From Convolutriloba macropyga (Eukaryota): a stretch of DNA of 64,000 nt. The notes below the pieces were generated by a model, which was not told where the DNA came from, searched no databases, and was given only the letters and a program-made list of their open reading frames with translations. Made by a program: the position numbers and the translations under genes. Positions within the stretch are counted from its first letter, which is position 1. Every line of letters begins with the position of its first letter. The stretch covers positions 13,268,001 to 13,332,000 of the forward strand of contig NC_134475.1 of NCBI RefSeq assembly GCF_964194025.1, in the 5' to 3' direction. This document shows, in pieces, positions 49,251 through 61,330 of this stretch.

Positions 49251-50996
49251 AATAGCCGCCCTCATCTTCTCAGCCGGCTATTATAGCGCTCCTAAATTTT
49301 TTTTACAATCCAAGAATTGGATTGTATTGGTGCTCTGTCTTTTCTTTTATTTTTGTAAGATGTTTTCACACTTTTCATGACTTTGAGCTTTCAGAACAAG
49401 ATAAACAGGTAAAGCTCAGCGGTCATCAACGTTCATTAGAGGCCCTTAGACGCGCTTAATAGTCTTTCAATTGCTTAGAGTGGCGAAGCTACTGGAAAGG
49501 CCGTAATTCAAGGTTAAAAGGTCATTTTTAGGAGTTTTCGAGCCCAAAATGTTCCAATTTTTTTGTGTTTGTTCGCCATTTTTCGAATTTTTTGTTGGAC
49601 CAGTCTAAAATTGAGGTTTGTAAACGTTGATAAAGGTCTTTTTCAAGGCATAATTATTTTCTATGATCGTTTTAGGAGCTATATGTTTTGGTACTCCAAA
49701 TATAAACACGCAATTTTATACTAATTTTTACAATTTAAAAAGTTTTAATAAGTTTTTTTTGTCATTTTTTGAGCTTTTTCAGACCTAGGTTTCAAGAAAC
49801 CTGCTTCAGTGTTTGATAATAGGTTACTGCATAGTTTCTAGTGTTAATGGAATGGCTTTTGAACATTTTAACATCACGAGTTTTTGCAATTTTTTTGGAA
49901 GTTTTTGTCATTTTTTAGGTTTCTCAATCATCAAAGGCCACGGAATTTCCTCTACGGTTCAATACTAGGTTACTGCATATTTTCTAGTGGCAATGAATAA
50001 GTAACTGCACATTTCTTTAGAGGTAATGTGTTGGTTATCAATTTTTTAATAACATGAGTTTTTCTAATATTTTGTAATTGTTTTTTCTAAATTTTTTTGC
50101 CATTTCTGAGTTTAACTATCTCTGCTGGCCCACAAAACTTTTTCGGTCTTGCAGTTGGGTTATATGGCAGAACACCACGGACCAAAAATGGTTATGAACA
50201 TTTTATTGCCGCAAAATTTAGAAACTTTCTTTAAATTTTGCACTTGTCAGTTTTTACGTTCGTCAAATTTCTCGAGTTTGTCTACCTTTAGTGGAGTCTC
50301 TTTCATGTCTTGTGCGTGAGTAAATGAGTATATTGAATTGTATCATATTTGGCCTTCATGATAAAAGCTTCAAGAGTTATCCGTGATTATTTTCTTATTT
50401 ATTTTGTTTGATTATTTTAATTTCTCAACTTTGAGATTGTCTTTTTGCTGGGATTGTTCAATTGATCTGCTGGTCAGGTTCTTTTTAGTTCTCAGTATTT
50501 CATTCAATTCTTTGGATTGTATTTCAGGACTTTTCCTGCTATGTCTTTTTACTTTGTTGAACTTTTTTTCTCTTTTCCCATTTTGCCGCTTTTTCGACAT
50601 TTTGCGTGAAATCTTTCGACTATTCTAAGCTAGTTTCACTCTTTTGTCTTTCTGCTAAAAGTTATTTTGAACATCAGTTGCTCAGCAAAGCAATTCAAAA
50701 TGAACAGAGTCAGTATAAAAAATTGTCAGAAATAGAAACGGGATAAAGCCCATTTTTAGATGCCCGATACTTGAACTTTGTTCTCATAAGTTTTAGTTAC
50801 TATCTATAATGCTTATTGGTATTGATACTAGACCATGTAGCCTCTCACTGTTAAATTACGAAATGGCATCAAAATAAATTGCACTTAAAAATGTTTTTAT
50901 ACAAAAATCAATTTTTGTTGAATTTTTCTTTTCTTTCAATCCCAATAGAGTTATGGGAATCAACGGCGGCTATTTCCCGGCAATCTTTTGGGTATT
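49251..50996 (+). mobile_element. Composite A'[B']; B' = ~49304-50544
   Basis: Homologous to 10649-13011; B termini carry the covarying tacaatccaa/ttggattgta variant. Confidence 0.75.
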
Positions 50997-51029
50997 TTTT
51001 TTATCTTTTTTACAAAAAATTTTTTTAAT

Positions 51030-51397
51030 TTAATTTCAGGACTTGTCATGACTGCGTGACATCATTTCTCACTCTTAGTGGAGCGATTTTTTTTGTTCAT
51101 TCGCGTGATTATGTATTTGGTCACACGTGACTTACCTCAACCTCAAAAATGGCTTCCTCACTCTTAAATTGATTTTTCATTACTTTAATTCAAAGAGAGA
51201 AGGTCAAGTGGATGTGTGTTACTCTAAATGAAAGTTATTTGAGAGCAGCTAATAGAGGCAGCTATAACTTAAGCAGATTCCTAATGAAATTGTAATATCT
51301 CGTCCTTTAATGAAAACTATTTTTCGTCTGTCTTTTTCACTGTTTTTGCGACTTCAGATCGATGAAGCTATTGCGGCTAGTTTCTGGCAAATATGTT
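51030..51397 (+). mobile_element. 3' fragment of an A[B] composite
   Basis: caggacttgtc remnant, A body with gacttacctc, gcggctag-ttctggcaa-atatgtt. Confidence 0.6.
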
Positions 51398-51949
51398 TTT
51401 GACTAAGATATTTAATTTTAGAATGACGTCAATTGATAAATGACTAAGATCTGACAATTTTTTCAGTTCGAGCAATGTTCTTTCGATTTTTGTTTTATTT
51501 TGATATCAGCAGACCGCTGCTCAAAAGTTTTTTGAAGGTTTAAAATAGATGATCGGTACTATTGAAGAGAAATTTGAAACTGAAAAAACAACCTGCAAAA
51601 AATTTTGAATTTAGGATGTGTTCGAAAGAGGTTAATTATTTTGACATGACACTGATAGAGCAAAGTCTCTTTCCACTTATATGAAGGAATGAATATAAAT
51701 GAAGTCACAAGTAATTCAGTGCTAACAGGTTACAGAAAATACTGAACAGGTTTGCCTTTTTAATTTAATTAGAACATCAAAACTGCAAAACTCTTCCAAA
51801 TATTTTTTATCGTTTTTAGAAAGAAGTGAATTGACCAAATGTTTACGATCTGGTTACAATTTGCAGTTGAGGTGATTTTTTGTCAGCAACGTTTCATTAA
51901 TACCAGAAGTGACGCTCATTTTTTTTAATTCCTCAAACGAAGTTTAGCT

Positions 51950-52436
51950 TTTATATTAGTCCTGTCGGTCTGTTTTTAATGCAATTTTTTGTCCGAGCCA
52001 TTTGATTTTTCGTGCTCAAAAACAGGATGAACAGGCAGCGCCCTGCGGGCATTAAGTTCTCTTAAGGGTCCTTCAGCTCACTATCATCCAAACATGTGGT
52101 ACACAGAAACTGTTTTCTAGACTTATTTACACTTATGGTGTGAAGAATGGTTCCTAGAGGTTGAACCCCCCCCCCCCCCGCTGATCACCACCACTCGCTT
52201 CACCACCAATCCCCACCCTTGCGTTCAGGCCGTACGGGCCACTTGATTCTAAAGAGCCCATCTCACTCCCCCCTCACTGTTGTCTCCACCACCGTCAGCC
52301 CAGCCCCCTCAGTGCTCGCCCCGCTGCGTTCACATCACGCCCCTTCAATTAACCTAAAGCTAGCATCACAAAACTGTGGCTAGCTACTGACGAAGTCAAA
52401 CGCTCGCCGGTCGTCCGACGTTAATCGGTTGTGTTT
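51950..52436 (+). mobile_element. Family E element with C-rich tract
   Basis: Homologous to other E copies; ends ccgacgttaatcgg-ttgtgtt. Confidence 0.6.
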
Positions 52437-54436
52437 ATAGTTTCTAGAAATCAGGGAGACCGTTGCTTTTATTTGAGAATTAGAACTGGGGTTTCAAGAG
52501 TTTTGAGACAAAGAAAATTTTGTGAATTTTGCAGAGGAATAGTTTCAAGCCTGCATAACCTTTGCCTTTTGAGATGTTTTCGGAAGTGATTGATAAATTT
52601 GATATCGGAATGTGCCTCAAATGTTGCGTTAGAGGCTGGAGAGTTCAAATCGAAATTAAAGAAATATTTTCTCGCAAACAGAATTTTTTTCACTCTGGGT
52701 GAATACTTCAAGTAGTGCTTTTATTTGCCATCAAAGGCCAGAGCAACTCAATTTTCTGTTGAAATTGTAAGGATAGACTCGCGTTGCTTTTTTTGTCACA
52801 ACAATGTAATGCGGTGTCAAAATTCTTTGATGGTAATCAGCGTATTTATGCGTATATCTCCATGACAATACGATGATCGCCATTTTTTGTGCTGAAAGTT
52901 TTTTTGAGATTTGACCCTTGCAATTGCATAGAAGTTAAAAAACATTTCAGAAGCTGAGTCATCGCTCGCAAAGTAATTTGCACTCCTCCTAAAGCAGCAT
53001 CCCTTATTCGTTCAGTATTAACCAATTGATGACATGAAATTAATCAAAAGAACACTTGTTGATTCAAAAATCAACCTAGTCTAGAGAATCATTACTGATT
53101 GTCAATAAGAACACAGTTCCTATAATGCATCTGAACATTTAAATTAAAATTTGAACCTGCTGCCATTAAAGCGAATTTATTGGAATATGAATGCCCATCT
53201 GAGATAATTTTTTTAGTTATATATTTTTATATTAATTTCATTAATTCCCGGAAACATAATTCTAGTTAACAAAGATCAGACCCAACGTTCAAATCTTTGA
53301 ATAACATTTGATCAAAACAGAAACGAATCGGAAAAAAAAACGAAAAAGGTCTTACAGATATAACGTGGCAATTGTTATCACATTAACATATGTTATAACA
53401 TATCACAAAATGTATAAAACTGAAATTCAAATCAGTTAAAGATAGGAAACACTAAAACTTTGCACTTGCATCGATGTTTTTCAATGTTTCATGTCAATCA
53501 ATGATTTTCTAATCCCTCCTCTAAAACACATTCGAAAACTTCTTCATATTGTGAGCTCTTTTCTGGAGCTTTGACAGCGTCATTGACGTCATTTTCCTCA
53601 CTTATCTGATATCAATGACACTGAAAAGTTCTCCGAACCACGGCTGACACCTTTCTTCGCAATAACAACCGGCTTTACAACCGTTTACTTGATTGTTGAT
53701 CTCTGCAATTCCTGTCATGAACTGGTTTTGTTAACTGCACTAACATGATCCTTCAAATGAATACAAACTTTGACAAACTTAAATTCTCTTCACTGCGCTT
53801 GAAGCTTCCGCTGTGCATTACATTTTAAAATATGCCCTTTTTGCCAAATTTAGCGCTAACTTAAGTACCCTTCGAAGCTGAAGTCGGACATGCCTCTGAA
53901 CTCTGGGTATTGTTCACCGTCCCATCTTACTCAGGTTTCTTATTGTCGTCGTTTTTGAGAAAGTCTCATCTTTCCCTGTAGGAACTGTCGCCTCATTCTC
54001 TTCGTTCTTTTTGTACCTCTTCCTTGGTTGCAGGAACACGGCCAGTTGCGTAACAGCTAATCGACCCCACTTCTTGTAAATTGGGGTTGAGCGGATCAAT
54101 GTTTAAGCCAATTAAAGAAGAGCTGACGAATTAAATTTCACAGGCTGATTTTTAACTTCGGTAAATGATTCACCGCATTTTTCTCCGCAAATCAGAATAT
54201 TGGGATGCACTTATATTATTTTCCAGTTCCCTTTCAATATGCGTAATAGAAAGTTCAACATCCTTCTCCGCACTTCCAAATGTTTTAAAATTGCTCTTAA
54301 GTGATGAGGGGCGTGGTGCACTGTGTTGTTGAGGTGGTGGTGGGAAACGTTAGGGGGATCTGGTATAGAGGGGGGGGGGGGGGGGTGTGAAGCTTGAACG
54401 TAGAGCCCCTCCAACCTGGCGCTGTTTTGATGAGGA

Positions 54437-54473
<37 letters not shown>

Positions 54474-54485
54474 GGGGGGGGGGGG
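54437..54485. repeat. (GT)n microsatellite followed by poly-G
   Basis: Directly visible. Confidence 0.9.
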
Positions 54486-55746
54486 TTAAATATTTAGATT
54501 TATATATAGGACAAATTCCCCGTTCAAGCCCTCCACCTCGGCGCAGTCTCTAGGTTAGGATGTTGAGATAATGGCTTAAGCATTTTGCCGTTTTTTGTCC
54601 ACGCTGAATTAATATATAGATATTATTTGTCAATTTTGCTCGCTTTTTTGTAAAATCTTGAACAACAAAGATTTTGGAAATTTTTGTAGCTATTTGACTA
54701 TCAGGGGGAATTGAACTTTTTTCATGACTTGCACTTGAGGTATTAGGTGGGTTTTGCAGCACAAAATTGATTTTGAAGCTATTTACTTCAGAAAAGTTTT
54801 GTTAATTTTTAACCTCTTTTTGTCGCTTTTTGCTTTTCTTTGTCTATTAGATATCCACCTGGTTTTACTCAACATTGCAGGTTATTTTTTGTTGGGCTCA
54901 TGAATGAATTAGTTTGATCTGAAGTCGTCTTCGCAAATGTTTGACAAATTAGCAATGATTCCACATTTTTCAGTTTTATGTGGTCAGGAAAACTTCCTTT
55001 GATCAAGAAGCTGCTCTTGCGTTATTTTTACAATAGGTTTTTTCGTTAGTTTTTAAGCATGACATCTGAGTTTAGGAAGACCAAAAATCTTCAGCGTATC
55101 TTCAGTTTCTTGTTGATTTTCTTACATTATTTGATGTTTTTAACTGCATCTGATTGCGTCTTATTTAATCTTCAGCTCCCTCCGAATTGAATCCGCTAAT
55201 TTAATTAGCGGCGGTGTATTAAAAAATATATAAAGGAGATGTACCATAAAAACAGCTTGTTTTTATTTAGTTCTCGTTGTGTAATTTTTTAACATAAATT
55301 TTGTTCACTGAAATTTAACGTTATAAACTCAAGATATATGCGAAAATTAAGGTTTGAAATATTTAATGGCTATTTAATTGTAATATTCGAAACAGTTCAA
55401 AAACGTAACTACGTAATAAACTACTTAAACGCTTGTTTACTAATGAAACCACTAAGGCACAAATCAATTAAACACAACCTCAAAATATAAAAATTAACAT
55501 CAAGTAGTCTGTGTAATTTGCGTTTGCATATAATGTTCCAACGCTGCTCATCCACATTTTGGCTAATTTTCTATCAAATAAAGAAGAGTTAGAAAACTAT
55601 CAAAAATTCAAATATTGTTCAAATTGTTGGTGTCTGAAAAAAATGCTCTCAACTCAAATCACAAAGTAAAGTAAATATTACCTCAGAGGGTTGATATGAC
55701 TTGCCATTAATAATATTCTGGGACAACACAAACAACAAAATTAAAT

Positions 55747-55813
55747 AACATCAATGAATATCATTTACATCCAAAACTCAATGTTTTGGATGTAAATGAT
55801 ATTCATTGATGTT
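55747..55813. repeat. Perfect inverted repeat, 31-bp arms, 5-nt loop
   Basis: aacatcaatgaatatcatttacatccaaaac-tcaat-gttttggatgtaaatgatattcattgatgtt. Confidence 0.95.
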
Positions 55814-57192
55814 CATTGATATTCATTGAAAAAGATACTGAACGAAGTCAAAGCAGAGCCAACAAAACCTATTTTAGACAAAATTAATGATTTTAAATTA
55901 ATTCTGTTTCACTAGAAAAAATTCGTGAAAAGTCTTAGTGATATTTGGCAAAATTCTGACAAAAAAGAACAAAAACGGCAGAGTTAAGAATATGTTTATA
56001 TTTTTTGAGAATAAATAATTTTTGAATACTGAAAACCATTAGATGTCAACTGAAATCTTAAATAGGTGTTTGTTCCATAGGAAGACATTGAGACCTGTCA
56101 TTATCCAGAACATGTTGTACGTCTACAAAATCAAACGACAAATACAGAAAACAAAAATTCAATTAAACTTTGCGAGAAAACGGCGTCGAAGCCATTACAA
56201 CCATAATCTGTTCCGTAAAGATTAAGATATAATCAATTGTTTGAACAAGAATAATGTGATATGCCACCTGTATTTATTGAGACACGGTAACCAGTAAAAA
56301 ACTTTAGCTGTCAGCTCAAATCAGTAAATAGGCTCCTTTATTCATCCATAGGATGCCGCTAAGACCTGTAATTGACCAGAGTTTTTTATACGGCTACAAA
56401 AACAACGGCAAATAAAGACGAAAATTTCCAATAAGTTCTACAAGATAAGGAGTGACAATCTGAATTAGTTTTGGACTGTAGAATGCAACGGTTTGATCAA
56501 AACTATCCTTGCTGTTGCTGGTCGTCCATTGGGAGTACCTAATGGTTCCAAATTTTATGGATATAGATAATTTGGCAAAAAAGTCAATAAATCAAAAATA
56601 AATTATTCATTTTGGAAAGTTAGAGATAAATTAGCAAAAAAAATGGCAACATTTTAGTTCAAGAACACTCTCAAAGGAAGCGGAAGTGAAACTATTACTC
56701 TTTGGAGTTAATGGAGAATGTTTGAGAAGTTTTTTAGGAGTATTGATTCGGCAAATTTGTCTAGAGAAGTTTATTTCGTCTTTTTTTGAAAGGCTGGATT
56801 TTTAAAACAATTAGCCAAAAAGTTGCATCAGACAGTTCAACAATCTTCTAATCTTTAGAGGTAAAAGCAACAGCACTATCGTTAGCAGGTTTGACACGTG
56901 TTAGTAAAATTGGCAAAAAAATTGCGTTAAAGTACTGAAAATGTGATAAAACAACGAAAATCAGTCAAATATTCACGGGGAAAAAACGAAATTCAAAAAT
57001 TTTTGTCATTTATTTTACGACAGACTTTCTAATGATACCACTCATAGACCTCTATGATGACTATAGCGATGGGCCAAAATTCTCTTTTGAGTAAATAGTT
57101 CCTCCCCTCTAAAGTGGGGTCTGAACGCTAATTTCCGATTTCTATTACATGTAATATTTTAGTATTTTAATTCAATTTATGTCTGCTTACAG

Positions 57193-57293
57193 GCGATGGC
57201 ATTGGAGGAGGCCAGACAACACCCGCTGGTTATGCAGAGACTGTTTGACATCCCAGAGCACTTTTGGAGCCAGTTCCTCACCCCATCGTCCAG
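57193..57293 (+). CDS. RACGAP1: RACGAP1 exon 7 (end of RhoGAP)
   Basis: AMALEEARQHPLVMQRLFDIPEHFWSQFL resembles RACGAP1 [21 protein letters not shown]. Confidence 0.9.
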
Positions 57294-57860
57294 GTAAAGT
57301 GCTGTTACGTGTTTAAGCGTTCTAGTTGTCATTAGAACTAAATTAAGTCTTCTGAACATTTAACAGAAAACCTTCAAGTACTCTGAGGAGATACTTTTCG
57401 AGGCTCAGAATGTTAGTCACTCGTCAAAATTTCGGTTCTCTCATCTTTATGTTCACCTGTTGCTACTATATTGACCCTATCAATTTTAAGTTATAGTTGG
57501 TTCTAAGCTCTACATAACTGAATCAGATTCGCTACCAGGACAAAAATGGCCAATGTTTCAAAATATTTACGCAATATTTGAACCTATGGTTGAAATGATG
57601 AAAAAGAGACTATTCAACATAATTGTAGCTGTGCGAGGTAATTTATATATTTAAAATTTATAATCCCGAGATTATTCATTCCTAAAGTGTGAAAATTTAT
57701 ATTGGGGATATATTCAACGATGTTGTTACGTAGTAAAGCGCGCCTGTCCGACGTTTTTGAATCCGATTGAATCAGAAACGGAAAAACTTGCCTGATGTAA
57801 GAATCAGTTCGAAAGCGTTTATTGTGACTTGATATTCATTATTTGTGTGTAATTTGTAAG

Positions 57861-58003
57861 CGGTGGAGCACAACACGATACGGATGCGACTTCATCTGAA
57901 TCGGACGTGCCTCCTGTCACTCCAGCAGGATGTCCACGAACACCTGGCACTGTGCTCAGAACAATCAGTGAAGACCGTCTGTTGGATAGTGCAGGGGGTA
58001 CAG
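57861..58003 (+). CDS. RACGAP1: RACGAP1 exon 8 (S/T-P-rich tail)
   Basis: GGAQHDTD...PPVTPAGCPRTPGT...; only the AAG acceptor at 57858-60 keeps frame among nearby AGs checked; gtgagt donor at 58004. Confidence 0.72.
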
Positions 58004-58320
58004 GTGAGTGCTGTTTCCTCCACTGACTTGAAGTTCTTTCAAATGCTTTGCTTAATTTATTGTGTATCTACAGGTAGCGTCTAAGTACTCTACTCCCCCA
58101 ATAGTTATTTAGTCTACGAGACATTCGGCGGATCATGAATGGCTCCCCGGTGAGCTATAGCTCAAAAACGGGTGGGTGTCTTACAGTTTATCTTGGGACT
58201 AATTGGAATTAAATCCTCCGGTTATGTTTATGGTAATGGAGTGGACTATATCATGCCCATTAAACGTGGGGGGGGGGGGGGGGGCTATAATGGAAAAGCG
58301 GAACTTAGAGTTGTTAACAG

Positions 58321-58439
58321 GTACTGATTCGGATACTCCGGTGATGTACGGACCTAGCAGTGCTGTGGCTCACAGGACAAGGTACAAGAACATCGGCATC
58401 AACAAGGGATCTCGATACTTCACGTCTCCTCTAAGATAG
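58321..58439 (+). CDS. RACGAP1: RACGAP1 terminal exon (spliced 613 aa)
   Basis: ...GSRYFTSPLR* resembles the RACGAP1 C-terminal FFASPMLK; phase-1 cag acceptor. Confidence 0.82.
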
Positions 58440-58780
58440 ACAGAGTTCCTTCTGATAACAACGCCGAGGTGCTTAAGCAAGCGTAGTTGATCATGCATTA
58501 TTAGATGTTAAAGTCCGACCCGAATAGTTGGGCTTGTTATGAGTTTTATGTATGCTAAAATCTGTCTGCTATCTAAACGGCTGTACGAGATACAATCCTT
58601 CATTCGTACAATTATTCTCCTCTAAGTTGCACTAAAACACTCGTAGTCCCTAAAGGGTGAAAATATTAATAACGAAATATATCAAAGCAGCTTCAATCTA
58701 TCATTAATTCTCATGTGTGTAAGTTCGATTGAATATATTTGTTTTTGGTCTTGACTGAATACTTACTCTATTGTCCTCGC

Positions 58781-58786
58781 AATAAA
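58781..58786 (+). terminator. candidate polyadenylation signal for RACGAP1 (second AATAAA at 58945)
   Basis: AATAAA followed by T/GT-rich sequence. Confidence 0.4.
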
Positions 58787-59657
58787 ATTGTGATTACAGA
58801 ATCTAAATGTGAGTCTTGAAGCAATTTAACTCTTAGTTTTACCAAAGTAATTTTAGTTTGTGGTTGAGTTTTGTCATTTTAAGATCTTGGATGTGTTTTA
58901 AGTACTCTTTAAAACTGAACTGTGCAGTTGAACCTTGTTTGCAAAATAAATTGTGTTCGTTTGACTTTTTATTGAGTGTTCAGTCAATGTGGTGAGCTTC
59001 TAGAATTTTGAGGCGACAGGACAAAATACCAAATGACACATTACTGTCACAATGGTTTTTCCTCCGTAATGAGAAAAATGTTTAGACTAATCATTGCTAG
59101 GCGGGATACTTTATTGCGATGAGCATGACTCTCTCTTTGGACTAAATGGGACTTAATATGAAATTTTACAATCAAACAAGAGATAGGTTGTTAGAGTAAG
59201 GATGCTGAATTTAGTAAAGCTCGCTTGTAATTCCAACTATCTACCATTTTGCAACCGGACTATTGAACACGAAGATCGAGAGGAATCGCTTACCATTTCA
59301 TTAGGTATTATGGTTTTGGCTAAAATGTAAGCGCGCGGTGAATAGCCAGTCAACGTTAATTCATGATCATTCCCTCTGATAGAAGACTCCTCCATCTCAG
59401 TTTGAAGAAGAGACTTGTAATGAACTTTATCATCATTGCATAAAATTATTTTTGAGCATTTCGCGTACGTATCATCGTATTCCCTTTTGTTCTGAACTAA
59501 TCTCGAAGTCACTTTAATACCGGATTGTTTTTTGTTAATCTGAATTAATAGCGCTATAACAAAGTTCATTGCATTTTTAGATCAGTTTGTTCTTCGAACT
59601 AATTAATGCCCTCTAACAAAGTTAGCTGGAATTACTTGGTCCTATAGTCTGCTTTTT

Positions 59658-60037
59658 AATTGCTCTCAAACAAAGTTTGTAGCAACTATATTAGTCCTGT
59701 CGGTCTTTTTTACGCGATTTTTCGCTTGACTGATTTTTCGTCTGACGCTTTTGACTTTTCGTCCTCAAAAAAGGTAATCAGGTAGCGGCCGGCGAGCATT
59801 AAGTGCTCTTAGAGCCTTTCAGCTCTGTTTAAGCTCAAACTGTTTTGGAGACTTATACTTATGGTGTGAAGGGTGGTTCTTAGAGGTTAAAGACACCCTC
59901 ACTGTTGACCCCCCCTCTATTGACCCCACCCCCCCCCGCGCTGTTCCCCCCCCCCAACACCCCACTGTTGCCCCCACCTCATCAGCTCTCGGTGCATCCC
60001 CACTCCCTTTCTAGCTACTGACGAACAACCGCTCGCT
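59658..60037 (+). mobile_element. Family E element, 3'-truncated
   Basis: 5' aattgctctcaaac, conserved E core, C-rich tract, stops at aaccgctcgc. Confidence 0.6.
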
Positions 60038-60039
60038 AT

Positions 60040-61330
60040 AAACACGCAAATTTATACTAATTTGGACAATTTTTTTCTAGCTTTATGAAAACGTTTGACA
60101 TTTTCTATTTTTTTAGCCCTATGTGCCAAGGAACGTCCTCTGGGCTATTATAATAGGTGACTGCATTGTTTCTAGTGGTAATGGAATGGTTTCAACTTTT
60201 TAACATCGCGAATTTTTGCATGTTTTGACTAATTGTGCAATTTTTTTTTTACAAATTTGACTTTTTTTCCTTATTTAGGTCATTCAAGACTCAGGGACCA
60301 GAAACCTTCTAAGGGGTTTGATAATAAGTTACTTTCAAATTTTTATTGGCCATGGAATAATTTTTAAACTTGTTAATTTTAAACTTTATGTCACAAATTT
60401 TAGCAATTTTTTGACAAAACTTTTTTCCAATTTTTTTTTGAAAAATTTGGTCGTTATTTAGATTTTTTTCAGCCTCAAGAGCCAAGAAAATTCCTCTAGG
60501 GTTTGAAAATAGGTTACAGTGTAATTTTTAGATGTAATGGATTGGCCTGCAAGATTTTAACGTCAGGAGTTTTATCTTTTTTTGACAACTTTTGCCGTTT
60601 TTCCTCTTTTTAACATTTGTAGTCATTCAGGTTTTTTGGGACTCAAGGGTCACAAAACCTCCATTAGGGTTTGATTATAGTTTGCGGGAATTTTTTGGTC
60701 TTGGAATGATTTTCAATCTTTTATTATCACAAGATTTAGCAAATTTTTTAATGAAACTTGCAATTTTTTAAGTTTTTCGAATTTTTTTTTGTCATTTTTT
60801 AGGTTTTTCTAGCCTCAAGAGCCACGGAATTTCCTCTAGGTTTGATAATATATTACTGCAGAGTTTATAGATGTAATGGAATATTTGTCAAGATGTCAAT
60901 ATCACGAATTTAAGCACTTTTTTAAAATATTCGTGATTTTTTTATGTTTTTGAATTTTTCCGGCACCAGGGTCCCTGGGACCTTCTCCAAGATTTGATAA
61001 TAAGCTTCTGGATACTTTTTAGAGTTATTGGAATGGTGTTCATTGTTTTTTATGACTCCAGTTCTGGTAATTTTTGGATGAAATTTTCAAGTTTTCGGAT
61101 AATTTTTATTTTGTTCCAAATGTATGGATCTTATGAGCCAGTGAAACTATTTCAGGCTTGAAACTGGATATATTCTCGAGACATAGAAGGGGTTCTAAAG
61201 ATATTAATATCATGAATTTTTGCCAGAGTTTTACGACCATTTCTGGCCAACGAAACTTTTTAAGTCGTGGCTATGGGTTCCTTTCGAGACAAAAAATGAT
61301 TTTGAACTTTTTTTTTAAATTTCGCCTGTT
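60040..61330 (+). repeat. Diverged ~155-180-bp tandem array (B' internal satellite)
   Basis: Units recur near 60115, 60290, 60472, 60642, 60812, 60965 and 61130 (…agggtttgataataggttactgca…atggaat…); same unit at ~9230-10028, ~11170-12250 and ~49780-50250. Confidence 0.75.

Noticed and set aside
2499-58439. Alternative genetic code or stop readthrough as an explanation for fragmented ORFs
   Set aside because: All five genes splice into intact standard-code frames at GT-AG introns and end at ordinary TAA/TGA/TAG stops.
59237-59569. 110-aa minus-strand ORF downstream of RACGAP1
   Set aside because: No recognisable homology or exon signals; cannot be supported as a gene without a search.
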